A stretch of 64,000 nucleotides of DNA from Candidatus Caenarcanales bacterium (GTDB lineage Bacteria; Cyanobacteriota; Vampirovibrionia; 2-02-FULL-35-15): NCBI GenBank assembly GCA_020050435.1, contig JAGVKQ010000019.1:33644-97643 (forward strand), read 5' to 3'. Of the stretch, positions 48,073-58,100 are shown piece by piece. The first letter of the stretch is position 1, and the number at the start of each line of letters is the position of its first letter. The notes beneath the pieces are model-generated. The model ran no database searches, had not been told where the DNA came from, and saw only the letters and a list, made by a program, of their open reading frames with translations. Made by a program: the position numbers and the translations under genes.

Positions 48073-49092
48073 TCAACAATGAGTTGCTTTATATTTTATA
48101 ATCGAGGAAAGCCCACCTGGTAGAAAAGATTTAAGCAAATCATATGCCAGTTTTAATTTTACTTTTTTTGGATAAAAGCAAAAAGAGTTCTCTTCCCAAT
48201 AATTTGGCTCAAACTTATCCTTAAAGTATTCTAGTGATTGAAAGTGATATATAAAAGATAATTTTTCATAAGAATATCTAAGAACTTTATTTACAATAGG
48301 ATGATTGATATCTGAGCTGGGTAATTTAGATAAAGGTGCCAAACCATAGCTAGCCATACTATAACCTTCCTCTGCAAGCAAGTTTAATGCAGAGGTAATT
48401 AAAAGTTCGCTACAACCATGAGGGGCATTTTCTTCTCTTACTAAATCGTGCAAATTCCAGCCATTTCTTTCATATATGGGTGAGCAGCTTAGAAAAGCTT
48501 TTAATCTGTTTTCATCATCTATTAACAAGAAATATTTTTTATACTCTTTTAGTTCGAGAGGATTTAATTCAAACAAAAATTGCATGGCTGGCATTTCTCT
48601 TGTTCTTTCCCATCTTCTGGAATATGTGCTTATATCTTTTTCATAGATTGAATTAAAGGGGACTACTTTAAGTCCTTTTTTTATTGCTCTGCTTATACTA
48701 TTTCTGACTTTTCCATCTTGTTTTTTTAAATTCTTTAAATCAAATATAGGTTCTTTTCCTATACTTATACTGTCAAAGCCTATTGCTTTTAAAATTGGCT
48801 GTGTTCTTTCACTGACAGGAATAAAACCTACATACTCCGTTTCTTTAAGAGAAAGTTCTAAAAATATCTTAGCTAATAAATAGATATTTTCCGGGTCGCA
48901 AACAGGTTCACAAGCGCCTAAGGTTAAATCATTATTTCTTATGTAGGGAATAAAACCTTCTATTCCAGGAACAGAAAAGAACCTTATGCCAGGGTATAAG
49001 CTTACAAATGATAAAGAGCCATAGCCGTATTTTTTTAAACTTGATTCAATACAGTCTTTTTCATTTAATTTAGCTTTTATTGCAACTGTCAT
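48073..49092 (-). CDS. Stand-alone MprF/DUF2156-type aminoacyltransferase domain
   Basis: EPVCDP, IGKEP.FDL, DLVRE..APHG.SE.LI, GLAPLS, Y.FQSL.YFK.KF.P.W; no TM flippase domain. Confidence 0.78.
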   Translation of the reverse strand: MTVAIKAKLNEKDCIESSLKKYGYGSLSFVSLYPGIRFFSVPGIEGFIPYIRNNDLTLGACEPVCDPENIYLLAKIFLELSLKETEYVGFIPVSERTQPILKAIGFDSISIGKEPIFDLKNLKKQDGKVRNSISRAIKKGLKVVPFNSIYEKDISTYSRRWERTREMPAMQFLFELNPLELKEYKKYFLLIDDENRLKAFLSCSPIYERNGWNLHDLVREENAPHGCSELLITSALNLLAEEGYSMASYGLAPLSKLPSSDINHPIVNKVLRYSYEKLSFIYHFQSLEYFKDKFEPNYWEENSFCFYPKKVKLKLAYDLLKSFLPGGLSSIIKYKATHC

Positions 49093-49382
49093 GTGGCAAT
49101 TATGACAAGTATGGGCAGAAGTTATCTCTTAGCGCTCCTAACAAAAGCCATGAAAGCTCTAAAATAGAGATAAACAATTCAAGCAATAAGTGAGAAAATG
49201 CCTCTTTCAAAAACTGTACCTAAGATAAGTTTGTTTATAACAGTTAATTAGGCTCAATTATTATAAGATTATTAAATCGTCTAGTTTATTTGATTTTAAT
49301 ATGTATTCTTCACCATTGATAGAAATATGGAATAATTTAAATCTGGCATTGTCTATTCTAATGAAAGCTTGAGAGCAAATAA

Positions 49383-50087
49383 ATGAAGTCTATCAAATTA
49401 CTAATTCTTACAACAATATTTTTAATAAACTCTTTTCCTGCATTTGCTCTGGAAAATGACTTAGGACTTTGGACCCCTGTTTACATAAAGCTTCCAGTCA
49501 CTAAAAAACTTCAGACACAATTAGAAATAAATCCTCGTATTCAGGAAAATGTTTCTGATTTCAATCAGTTATTAATTAGGCCATCTGTTGGATATCAAGT
49601 AACTAAACATCTTTCTCTCTGGCAAGGTTATGCATGGATAACGAATTACATTCCTAAATTTGTAAGTGAACAAAGATTATGGGAGCAAATTCTTTATGAA
49701 AGAGAGTTTGGTAGGTGGGGTCTTTCAAGTAGAACCAGACTAGAAGAAAGATTCATACAAAATGTTCATGGAGTTCCTGTACGGTTTCGTGAAATGCTTA
49801 GAGCACAATATACTCTTGATAAAAAGAAAAACTGGGCTTTTGTAGTTTATGATGAATCATTTATAAATCTTAGTACTCATTTTCGTGGACCACAGGCAGG
49901 AGTAGATCAGAATAGATTTTTTGTGGGGCTAAATAGAAAAGTGACTAAATATGCAAATGTAGAGGGGGGATATTTAATGCAGTACTTTAATATTCAGTCC
50001 CCTACTCAGGACATAATTAATCACAATGTTTTAGTAAACTTGTACATTAACCTACCTCAACTAGCTCATTTGAAAAGCCTTGATTGA
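49383..50087 (+). CDS. DUF2490 outer-membrane beta-barrel protein
   Basis: Signal peptide; LIRPSVGY, EQRLWEQ, RTRLEERF, DE.F, DQNRFFVG. Confidence 0.85.
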   Translation: MKSIKLLILTTIFLINSFPAFALENDLGLWTPVYIKLPVTKKLQTQLEINPRIQENVSDFNQLLIRPSVGYQVTKHLSLWQGYAWITNYIPKFVSEQRLWEQILYEREFGRWGLSSRTRLEERFIQNVHGVPVRFREMLRAQYTLDKKKNWAFVVYDESFINLSTHFRGPQAGVDQNRFFVGLNRKVTKYANVEGGYLMQYFNIQSPTQDIINHNVLVNLYINLPQLAHLKSLD

Positions 50088-50203
50088 TATTTATTACCGC
50101 AACTCTGATTAAATAGCTAAATCGTAAATGCATATAATAGATTTTTGTTATTAAAATTTTGAGTATACTTTCTTAAAATGCTACTATTTTTTAGAGAAAA
50201 ATT

Positions 50204-51352
50204 ATGGAATTAAGCAGTCACCCGAACGTTAAGTTGTTATCAAAAAAAGATTACAGAGATCAACTAGCAAGTAGTTTGAGTGAAGATGATCATAAAAGTG
50301 ATAAATCTGAACTCTTCAGATATTTTGTATTAATGTCAGTCTATCTTTTTGGAATATATACTTTATCTGCGTCTGAAAATTTACTTTTAAAAATTATACT
50401 TTCTTTGGGTTTAGGTATTATTCTTGCAGCTATAAGTTTCTTTCTTCATGATTTAATGCATGGTTCCATAGTTAAATCAAAAACCTTAATGTATTTCATT
50501 GGTATAACTGCAGGAGTCTTTAATTTTTTCCCACCATTGTTTTGGCAAAGATTGCATAATTTTCATCATGCAAGAACAGGGAAATTAGATGATCCAGATA
50601 GAAATTGGACATTAGATGAAATGCCAGTGAAACCTCATGAAATTATTATTTATAAATTAAGGATGTCTAATGAATGCTATAACAAAATTTCCAGTTTTAT
50701 TTTTATTGCAGTTGGTTTTTTAGCATATTTTATAAGCAATATTTTTTATGGTGTTTATGCTACGAATCTTAGTGAGCAAAGTTCAATTAAATATAGAGGA
50801 CTAAGAAATCTCTTTAATACAAAGGATAGGATGTTTGTTACTCTTGAGCTTTTGACCATATTTTCTGTTCAGTTATATCTTTTTGCAGTGATTTCCAACT
50901 TCTCACTAATCACTTTTCTTTTGGTTTCTACTATTCCTTTACTTATCTGTCATTTTATTCTAATGTTATATATTCACACTAATCATATATTTTCTCCTCT
51001 TACTGGTGAAGTTGATGATCCTCTTATAAACTCTGTATCTATAAAAAACAGTAAGTTCGTAGATTTTATTTTCTCTAATTTTTCTCACCACGTCGAGCAT
51101 CATTTATATCCTTCCATGTGTTCAGCTAAATATCCTAAAGTCAGAAAACTAATTCAGGAAAAATTCTCTGATCGTTTTCAACTTATGACTATGAAAGATG
51201 CTATCTCTTACCTTTTTAATTCTCCTAGAATCTATGCAAATGCATATAGCTTGGTAGGAATTCATACTGATGAAAAGCATCACTGTGTAATGCCTGAAGA
51301 ATTAAAAAATTTATTTAAGGTTCAAACTAAGCAACCTGTAAGCCATATATAA
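50204..51352 (+). CDS. Membrane fatty-acid desaturase-family protein (paralog 2)
   Basis: HDLMH, HNFHH, HHVEHH; YIHTNH..SPLT.E.DDPLINS shared with paralog 1. Confidence 0.88.
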   Translation: MELSSHPNVKLLSKKDYRDQLASSLSEDDHKSDKSELFRYFVLMSVYLFGIYTLSASENLLLKIILSLGLGIILAAISFFLHDLMHGSIVKSKTLMYFIGITAGVFNFFPPLFWQRLHNFHHARTGKLDDPDRNWTLDEMPVKPHEIIIYKLRMSNECYNKISSFIFIAVGFLAYFISNIFYGVYATNLSEQSSIKYRGLRNLFNTKDRMFVTLELLTIFSVQLYLFAVISNFSLITFLLVSTIPLLICHFILMLYIHTNHIFSPLTGEVDDPLINSVSIKNSKFVDFIFSNFSHHVEHHLYPSMCSAKYPKVRKLIQEKFSDRFQLMTMKDAISYLFNSPRIYANAYSLVGIHTDEKHHCVMPEELKNLFKVQTKQPVSHI

Positions 51353-52148
51353 TATTTCCAAATCTCATTCCTCTATCTGTTCTAAAAGTACATTTTTCAT
51401 CTATTTGAAACCCAGTTAATTTAATTAAAGCTTCTAGCTCTTTTTCATCATAAGCTGTTGATCTAGATTTTTCATTTGAATTCCTTATAGGAAAAAGACA
51501 ATCTACACAGGTAATTCCCAGACTGTTGTGCTCTCCTTCTACTAGGTATGTTGCTTCTTCATTATGCTGAGCAGGAATATCTTTATTAAAAGTAGCAAAG
51601 TTTATAAAAAATCTGGATGTTGAATCTTTCCTCATTAGCAAATTTACGTTATCGAGTAAGTATTTTAAATCTTGAAAATTTCTTTTGTTAATAACTCCTG
51701 TGCAAACTATGAAATTGTTATCGTCTGGAATTTCTAAAAAGGAACCATTTTTAAAAATGTCTCTTTCATAAAAAGAACATTCTTGACATGTTGAAGCCTT
51801 AAAAATTTCTCTAGCATCAGCCCCTGCTCTATTAAGAGCAGCTTTGTCAAAATCTACTCCTACGTATCGAGGAATATTATTAAAACCATTAGCTATTAAA
51901 AATTCTGGATAATGAGCTGTATAACAGCCTATATCCAACATTTTCCAAGGTGCATTAACTAATGGACTGTTTTTAATTAAGTCAGTTACTTTAATTGGCA
52001 TTAAGTATAATGCTTCATTTTGACTATTATGCCAAGGAATGCCTGGTCTATCAAAGGTGGCCCCTTCAGTTATTTTAATTGCAGAAGAGTTTACCAATAT
52101 AAAATCTATAACTGGTTTTGGAGGGATTTTGCCAATTTCTAGTGTCAT
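51327..52148 (-). CDS. Class I SAM-dependent methyltransferase-like protein
   Basis: MLDIGCYTA motif I, YVGVDF, FIVCTGVIN. Confidence 0.7.
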   Translation of the reverse strand: MTLEIGKIPPKPVIDFILVNSSAIKITEGATFDRPGIPWHNSQNEALYLMPIKVTDLIKNSPLVNAPWKMLDIGCYTAHYPEFLIANGFNNIPRYVGVDFDKAALNRAGADAREIFKASTCQECSFYERDIFKNGSFLEIPDDNNFIVCTGVINKRNFQDLKYLLDNVNLLMRKDSTSRFFINFATFNKDIPAQHNEEATYLVEGEHNSLGITCVDCLFPIRNSNEKSRSTAYDEKELEALIKLTGFQIDEKCTFRTDRGMRFGNIIYGLQVA

Positions 52149-52224
52149 GAAACTAATTCTAAAATTAGAAAGTTATTTAGCTCTTAATTTTATATTTCCA
52201 TAATGTTTTGAAGATTAAATTTAT

Positions 52225-52635
52225 TTAAGGTTCTGGACCCTCAAACATAGACTTCCACTTTTTACGCATGGAATCAAATTTAACTTCCATTTTGTCGAGT
52301 TTTATTTGTTGGTCTTTGTTTAAAATTGCTTTTATTTCTTCATGGGTAGATTTTCTAAGTGCTTCGAATCTAGGACGAAGGTCACCTCTTAATTTATCCA
52401 TTTCCTTTTTCTTTTCTGCAAAAATAGCTTTAACTTTAACTCTTTGTTCGAGAGTAAGATCTAATTCTTTACTGAAATGATTAAGCATTTTCTCTTTAAA
52501 CATCTTCTTGTCTTTCATGCAATGTGGTTTAGAGCTAGAGCATGGACAATTACAATCTCTGTTTTTTTCAAAAAAGACACCAATGGAAATCCCAAGAATA
52601 AGAGAAAGTAAAATTTGTATCCATGCTATTTTCAT
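52225..52635 (-). CDS. Spy/CpxP-like (LTXXQ) periplasmic helical protein
   Basis: ELDLTLEQR.KV..IF...IKAILNKDQQ. Confidence 0.7.
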   Translation of the reverse strand: MKIAWIQILLSLILGISIGVFFEKNRDCNCPCSSSKPHCMKDKKMFKEKMLNHFSKELDLTLEQRVKVKAIFAEKKKEMDKLRGDLRPRFEALRKSTHEEIKAILNKDQQIKLDKMEVKFDSMRKKWKSMFEGPEP

Positions 52636-52650
52636 TTTTTTACCCTTTTT

Positions 52651-52679
52651 AAAAATAGGCTCTAATGTTAATAGAGCCT
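52651..52679 (-). terminator. Hairpin between the two LTXXQ genes
   Basis: AGGCTCTA/TAGAGCCT stem with T run on minus strand. Confidence 0.5.
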
Positions 52680-52695
52680 GCTAATGAACATTGAT

Positions 52696-53067
52696 TTACT
52701 CAGGTGAGTGCCATTCCTTATGTCTTTCTGCCCTTTTTTCAACCATCTTGTCGAACTTTGCTTGTTGTTCTGGATTTAAGACTGCTCTTATTTGCTGGTC
52801 CGTAGACTTTCTAATAGCTTCCATTTTTGGATGGACCTCATCAAAAATAGAATCAACTTTTGTTTTTTGTTCAGCAGTTAAATCTAATTTACTATTTAAG
52901 CGATTTGAAATCTTTTGTTTAAATTTCCCCTTCTCTCCTTTTTTACAGCCACAACCTTGATGTTTATCTGATTTAGCTGCTCCTTGTTTATTGCATGCAA
53001 ATGCATAGCCACTAGTTATACATGTGCTGATAGCAACTACAGTAAGTATTTGTTTCCAATTAATCAT
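52696..53067 (-). CDS. Spy/CpxP-like (LTXXQ) periplasmic helical protein
   Basis: Signal peptide; KLDLTAEQK.KV..IF...IRAVLNPEQQAKF. Confidence 0.75.
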   Translation of the reverse strand: MINWKQILTVVAISTCITSGYAFACNKQGAAKSDKHQGCGCKKGEKGKFKQKISNRLNSKLDLTAEQKTKVDSIFDEVHPKMEAIRKSTDQQIRAVLNPEQQAKFDKMVEKRAERHKEWHSPE

Positions 53068-53432
53068 ATTTCCTCCCTTGACTCACCTATTAGAACTTCT
53101 AAATCTGAATCTTCACTATTTGAAAATGCCCAGTAGTATGAATCTGGCACTTCAGCTAGTAAAATATTTTCTGTACTTATAGACTCATTTATACTGAATA
53201 TACTAAAAATAAAAGAAGCGGCTATTGCTGTAATCGTAACAAATGATATTGATTTTTTAAATGGAATGACAGTTGCTTTTTTCTCATCTTCTTTCTTAAG
53301 TTCATAAATTTGTTGCATTACATTATCTGTGAAATCGGAGGAGAAATCAGCTTTCCTGGTTTTCCCAACCAGACTAAATAATTTTTCTTCTATTTCTTCG
53401 TAATTCATTGATTCCTCTACTTTTTTAGACAT
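53064..53432 (-). CDS. Putative membrane anti-sigma factor
   Basis: Directly downstream of ECF sigma; DFTDNVMQQI followed by one TM. Confidence 0.65.
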   Translation of the reverse strand: MSKKVEESMNYEEIEEKLFSLVGKTRKADFSSDFTDNVMQQIYELKKEDEKKATVIPFKKSISFVTITAIAASFIFSIFSINESISTENILLAEVPDSYYWAFSNSEDSDLEVLIGESREEI

Positions 53433-54006
53433 TTATCGGCTCCGTTAAGTGTCGAACTTGCTTAGCCACCTCTTTTCTTGCCCTTTTTAATCTTCCTTTA
53501 ACTGAATCAATTGAACAATGGAGAATATCTGCTATTTCTTCATAACTTAATTCATTGACTTCACGTAGTATTAAAATTGTTCTGTATCTTTCTGGAAATG
53601 CTGAAATTAGCTGCCTAAGCAATTCTTCTTCTTCAATTACCAGAGTGTGATCTTCAGAAGTAAATAATAAAGCCTCTATTTTATCCCCTTCTTTTTCTAT
53701 CAACCCTTCTAGGGAGATAAGATTCTGCTTATTTCTTTTTCTAAGTACATCACTACAGTGATTAAAGGTTATTCTAAATAGCCATGTGGAAAAGGATGAT
53801 TGTCCTTTAAAGCTTTTTAGTCCTTGGTAAGCTTTTAGAAAAATTTCTTGGGCAGTATCATCAGCTAAGTCCTTATCTGATAAAAAGTTAAAACAATAAG
53901 TCCGCACTTTTTGCTGATACTTATTAATAATTTCCCTATAGAGGTTTTTATCCCCAGAAAGAATTTTTTGTATTATTTTTAAATCTTCTATGTTTTTGTC
54001 CCACAA
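53425..54006 (-). CDS. ECF RNA polymerase sigma factor
   Basis: DDTAQEIFLKAY..L.SFKG.SSFSTWLFRI..N; LSYEEIA.IL.CSI.SVK.RL.RAR. Confidence 0.92.
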   Translation of the reverse strand: MWDKNIEDLKIIQKILSGDKNLYREIINKYQQKVRTYCFNFLSDKDLADDTAQEIFLKAYQGLKSFKGQSSFSTWLFRITFNHCSDVLRKRNKQNLISLEGLIEKEGDKIEALLFTSEDHTLVIEEEELLRQLISAFPERYRTILILREVNELSYEEIADILHCSIDSVKGRLKRARKEVAKQVRHLTEPINV

Positions 54007-54054
54007 TAATTCTTACACTTATTTAGACTTTCCATCTATTTTTGAAGTGTCATA

Positions 54055-54849
54055 TTAGGACTTTTGCTTATTATTACTGTCTTTTTCTTTCCTAAATGCA
54101 GGATCTGCTAAATTTATTTTTTCACTGACTTGTCCAGATGGTGTAGAAATAGTGAAAATGACCCTGCTTAAGTTTTTGCTTGGGATAGAAAATTTAGCAA
54201 TCATACGGGAATTACCTTTTTTATTTGTTCTGATTTTTACTCTTTTAATCTTTGATGCTGGAATAGTTGAGAAAGAAGAGTTCTTTTTATTTGATAAATT
54301 CTTCCCTTTAATAATTAATTTAAGATCTCTGCCATGTCTTCTTAGTTTAAATCGTTGTAATGAAGGGGAGTTCGCACTATCGGGATTTAAAATGTCAGAT
54401 TGAATAACATTTGTAGTCACATTTGCTACAGTAATTCCAGCCGACTTGAGACTTATAACTGCACTTCCAGTAGCTACGCTAGATGGAACAACCTCTGTAT
54501 TAAATATAAAATTTACACTAGGATTTGATGGAAAATTTATTTCAGTACTTACTACTTCAGTATCTATAGTAAAAGTCATACCTTGTGAATCAGTTATTGT
54601 AATTGAGTCATCAAAATTTCTTGATGATACTGGAAGTTCATTAGTAGAAACTGAAAAAGCAGTTTTTATTCCTGAGACTATAGAATTTGGAGTTGTTGAA
54701 GTAATGCCAGAAGGTAAAGGTATAAATACTGCATTGAGAGTAGGTATACTCTGAGAAAAAGAAGACAAAGAGCAGAATAAAAAACTAAAGATAATAATTA
54801 TAGAAATCTTTAATATATTTAAATTAGGCCTAAACTTTGCTAAAAACAT
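54055..54849 (-). CDS. Secreted protein consisting of the module also found at the C-terminus of 55140-59453
   Basis: Signal peptide; GGAG RBS before ATG 54849; see findings for alignment. Confidence 0.7.
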   Translation of the reverse strand: MFLAKFRPNLNILKISIIIIFSFLFCSLSSFSQSIPTLNAVFIPLPSGITSTTPNSIVSGIKTAFSVSTNELPVSSRNFDDSITITDSQGMTFTIDTEVVSTEINFPSNPSVNFIFNTEVVPSSVATGSAVISLKSAGITVANVTTNVIQSDILNPDSANSPSLQRFKLRRHGRDLKLIIKGKNLSNKKNSSFSTIPASKIKRVKIRTNKKGNSRMIAKFSIPSKNLSRVIFTISTPSGQVSEKINLADPAFRKEKDSNNKQKS

Positions 54850-55139
54850 ATGAATTTCTCCAGCTTGTATATCTGTCTGATATATTAACTTTATTGAAAA
54901 ATAAATAAAATAAAGATACATATGTATCTCGCTTTCTTTGTTTTATTCTTCTTTAAGTCTAGGTGAATGGCTAATTATAAAAGGCTCTTTGTGACTGGGT
55001 TTAATTATTTTAATTGTTTTAATCTCTCATACTTTTTCATACTCATTTATTATCATAAGAAAACTATTTAGATAATAGTTCTTTGTAGGACGAATTCCTC
55101 TATGAAAATAGGATAGATTTTATTTATACTATTAATAGA

Positions 55140-58100
55140 ATGACTTATAAATTAAAATTTATAGTGGCACTTTTTTTCATATTATTTTTATTTGGAATTG
55201 TATCCTCTTTTGCTCAAACACTTTTACAAAGTAATTTAGCTCCAAATAATACAGTTCATACAATACTAAATGCAAATGGAGTCACTTATATAGGAGGGGA
55301 TTTTACTAAAATTGCTCCTAATATTGGTACAGGACTTCCTATTAATAAAACAAGCGGCCTGGCAGAAAACTTATTTCCTAAGGTGAATGGTGAAATATTT
55401 GCTGTAGCTGCTGATGGTAGTGGTGGCTGGTACATAGGTGGTAATTTCACTGCCGTAGGTAGCTCTTCTAGATTAAGGTTGGCACATATTTTATCTACTG
55501 GTGTTTTAGATAGTAGCTGGGTTCCTACAGCTAATGGAATTGTGAATTGTATTCTTGTTTCCGGTTCAAATATTTATATTAGTGGTGCTTTTACTACTGT
55601 TAGTGGTTCAGTTAGAAACAGACTAGCTGCTATAGATACTAATGGAAATCTTCTTGGTTGGAATCCAAATGCAAGTAATACAGTTAATTATTTAAGTATT
55701 GATGGAAGCACTATTTATGCAGCTGGTAGCTTTACTACTATTAGTGGTTTAGCAAGACCGTTTGTAGCGGCAATTAATTCAATCACTGGATTGCCTACGT
55801 CATGGAGACCCGTTCCTAATGCTGCAGTATTAACAGTAGAGGCATTAAGTGGAATTGTTTATTTAGGTGGTTCTTTTACTTCATTTGGTCCCTTTACAGG
55901 AGCAGGAGTTCCTCTGGATTTAGCTACTGGTGTTAAGCTGGCAACATTTCCAAAAATCACTGGCACAGTTAGTACTGTAATTCCTGATGGTGGTGGTGGT
56001 TGGTATGTAGGTGGTACTTTTTCTGACATTGATGGAATTACAAGAAATAATATTGCTCATATTAGTCCTGATGGAACTCTTGATCAAACCTGGAATCCAA
56101 ATGCTAATGCTGCAGTTACATGCTTAGCTTTAAATGGAATGACTCTTTATGCTGGTGGTTCATTTACTACTATAGGAGTTCAGACTAGAAATAGATTAGC
56201 TGCTATAGATACAACTACAGGAATAGCAAATAGCTGGAGTTCTGGTACTGATGCTACTGTTTCATCAATATTAGTTGATGCAGGTAATGTATACGTAGCA
56301 GGTAGTTTTACTACTCTTGGTGGAGTTGCTAGAAATAGAATAGGCTCAGTTGATGAAACAACAGGAGTAACAACTGCATGGAATCCAAATTCTGATGCTG
56401 CTGTTTCAGTGATTATTTTAGATGGAGCAAATATCTATGCTGGTGGTTCTTTTTTAAATATCGGCGGTTCTGCTAGAAATAGAATTGCAGCTATAGATAA
56501 AACTACAGGTGTGGCTACTGGCTGGAATCCAAACTCTAATAACGTAGTCTCAACAATTTTTATTAATGGAAACAATGTTTATACGGGAGGCAGTTTCTCT
56601 ACTATAGGTGGACAATCCAGAGCCTTCCTGGCTGATGTTGATAAAGTTACAGGCTTAGCTACTGCATGGAATCCTGGTCCTAATGCTGCAGTTAATTCCA
56701 TTGTCGTATCAGGTGGTAATGCTTATATTGGAGGGGCTTTTGCTACTGTAGGAGGATCTACTAGAAGTTTTCTGGCTGCTTTAAGTGAAGCTACTGGACT
56801 AGCCACTGCATGGAATCCAAACTCTAATGCTGCTATTAATGTTCTGTCTTTAAGTGGTGGGAATCTTTTTGTAGGAGGAACCCCTACTAGTGTAAATGTA
56901 CAAATAAGAAATAGAATAGCTGCTTCTAATGCTACTACGGGAGAAGTAACTTCATGGGATCCTAATTCTAATAATACTGTAAATGATATTGTGCCTACTG
57001 CTACTAATATTTATGCTGGTGGTTTATTCACTAGTATCGGTGGCTCTAATAGAAATAGGTTAGCTGCAATAGGCACTAATACTGGGGTTGCTAGTAGCTT
57101 CGATCCTAATGTGAATAATACAGTTAATGTTATTAAACTTGATAGCAATACTTTATATCTTGGTGGATTGTTTACAAATATAGGTGGACAAGAAAGAAAT
57201 AGAATTGGTGCTATAGATATAACTAGTGGAAATACGACTAGCTGGGCACCAGATTTAGGAAACTATGTTAATCCAAACTCACTTGATGTAAGTTCATCAT
57301 CAGTTTATGGTGGTGGATTGGTTACGACTATTGGTGGTACAGCTAGAAATAGATTAGCAGCTATAAATAGTGATGGAACTTTAAATAGCTGGAATCCAGA
57401 TGTAAATGGATCTGTAAGAGAAATAATTAGCAGCAGCGGCAATATTTATATTGGTGGTCTATTTACTACTGTAGGTTTATTGGCAAGAAATTTTATTGCT
57501 GCAATCGATTCAAGTACTGGAATTGCAACTACTTGGAATCCTAATGCAAATACAAATGTTTTAACTTTACTTGCTGATTCAGGAAATATTTATGCAGGTG
57601 GTACATTTACTACTATAGGTGGACAAGCAAGAAATATGATAGCAGCATTAGATATTACTACAGGACTGGCTACAGCATGGAATCCTAATGCAAATACGAC
57701 TACAGTAAATGATATTCAAATTAAAGGTATGACTTTATACGCAGGTGGGGATTTTACCACTATAGGTGGACAGGCAAGAAATAGAATAGCGGCATTAGAT
57801 ACTACTACTGGACTCGCTACAGCATGGAATCCTAATTCTAATAACACGATAAATTCTATTACTATTAATGATACGACTATTTATGCAGGAGGAACATTTA
57901 CTACTATAGGTGTACTAACTAGAAATAGACTGGCTGGAATTGATGAGACGACTGGACTTGCAACTGCTTTTGACCCTAATGCAAATGGTACAGTACAGTA
58001 TATTACTAATTATGATATGACCTTGGTTGCTGGCGGAGACTTTACTGCACTGGGAGCTACTGCTATAAACAGACTTGCAGCATTTAATCTTACTACTAAT

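Noticed and set aside
52225-54006. ECF sigma / anti-sigma / two LTXXQ proteins as a novel system
   Set aside because: Common envelope-stress arrangement; listed as features only
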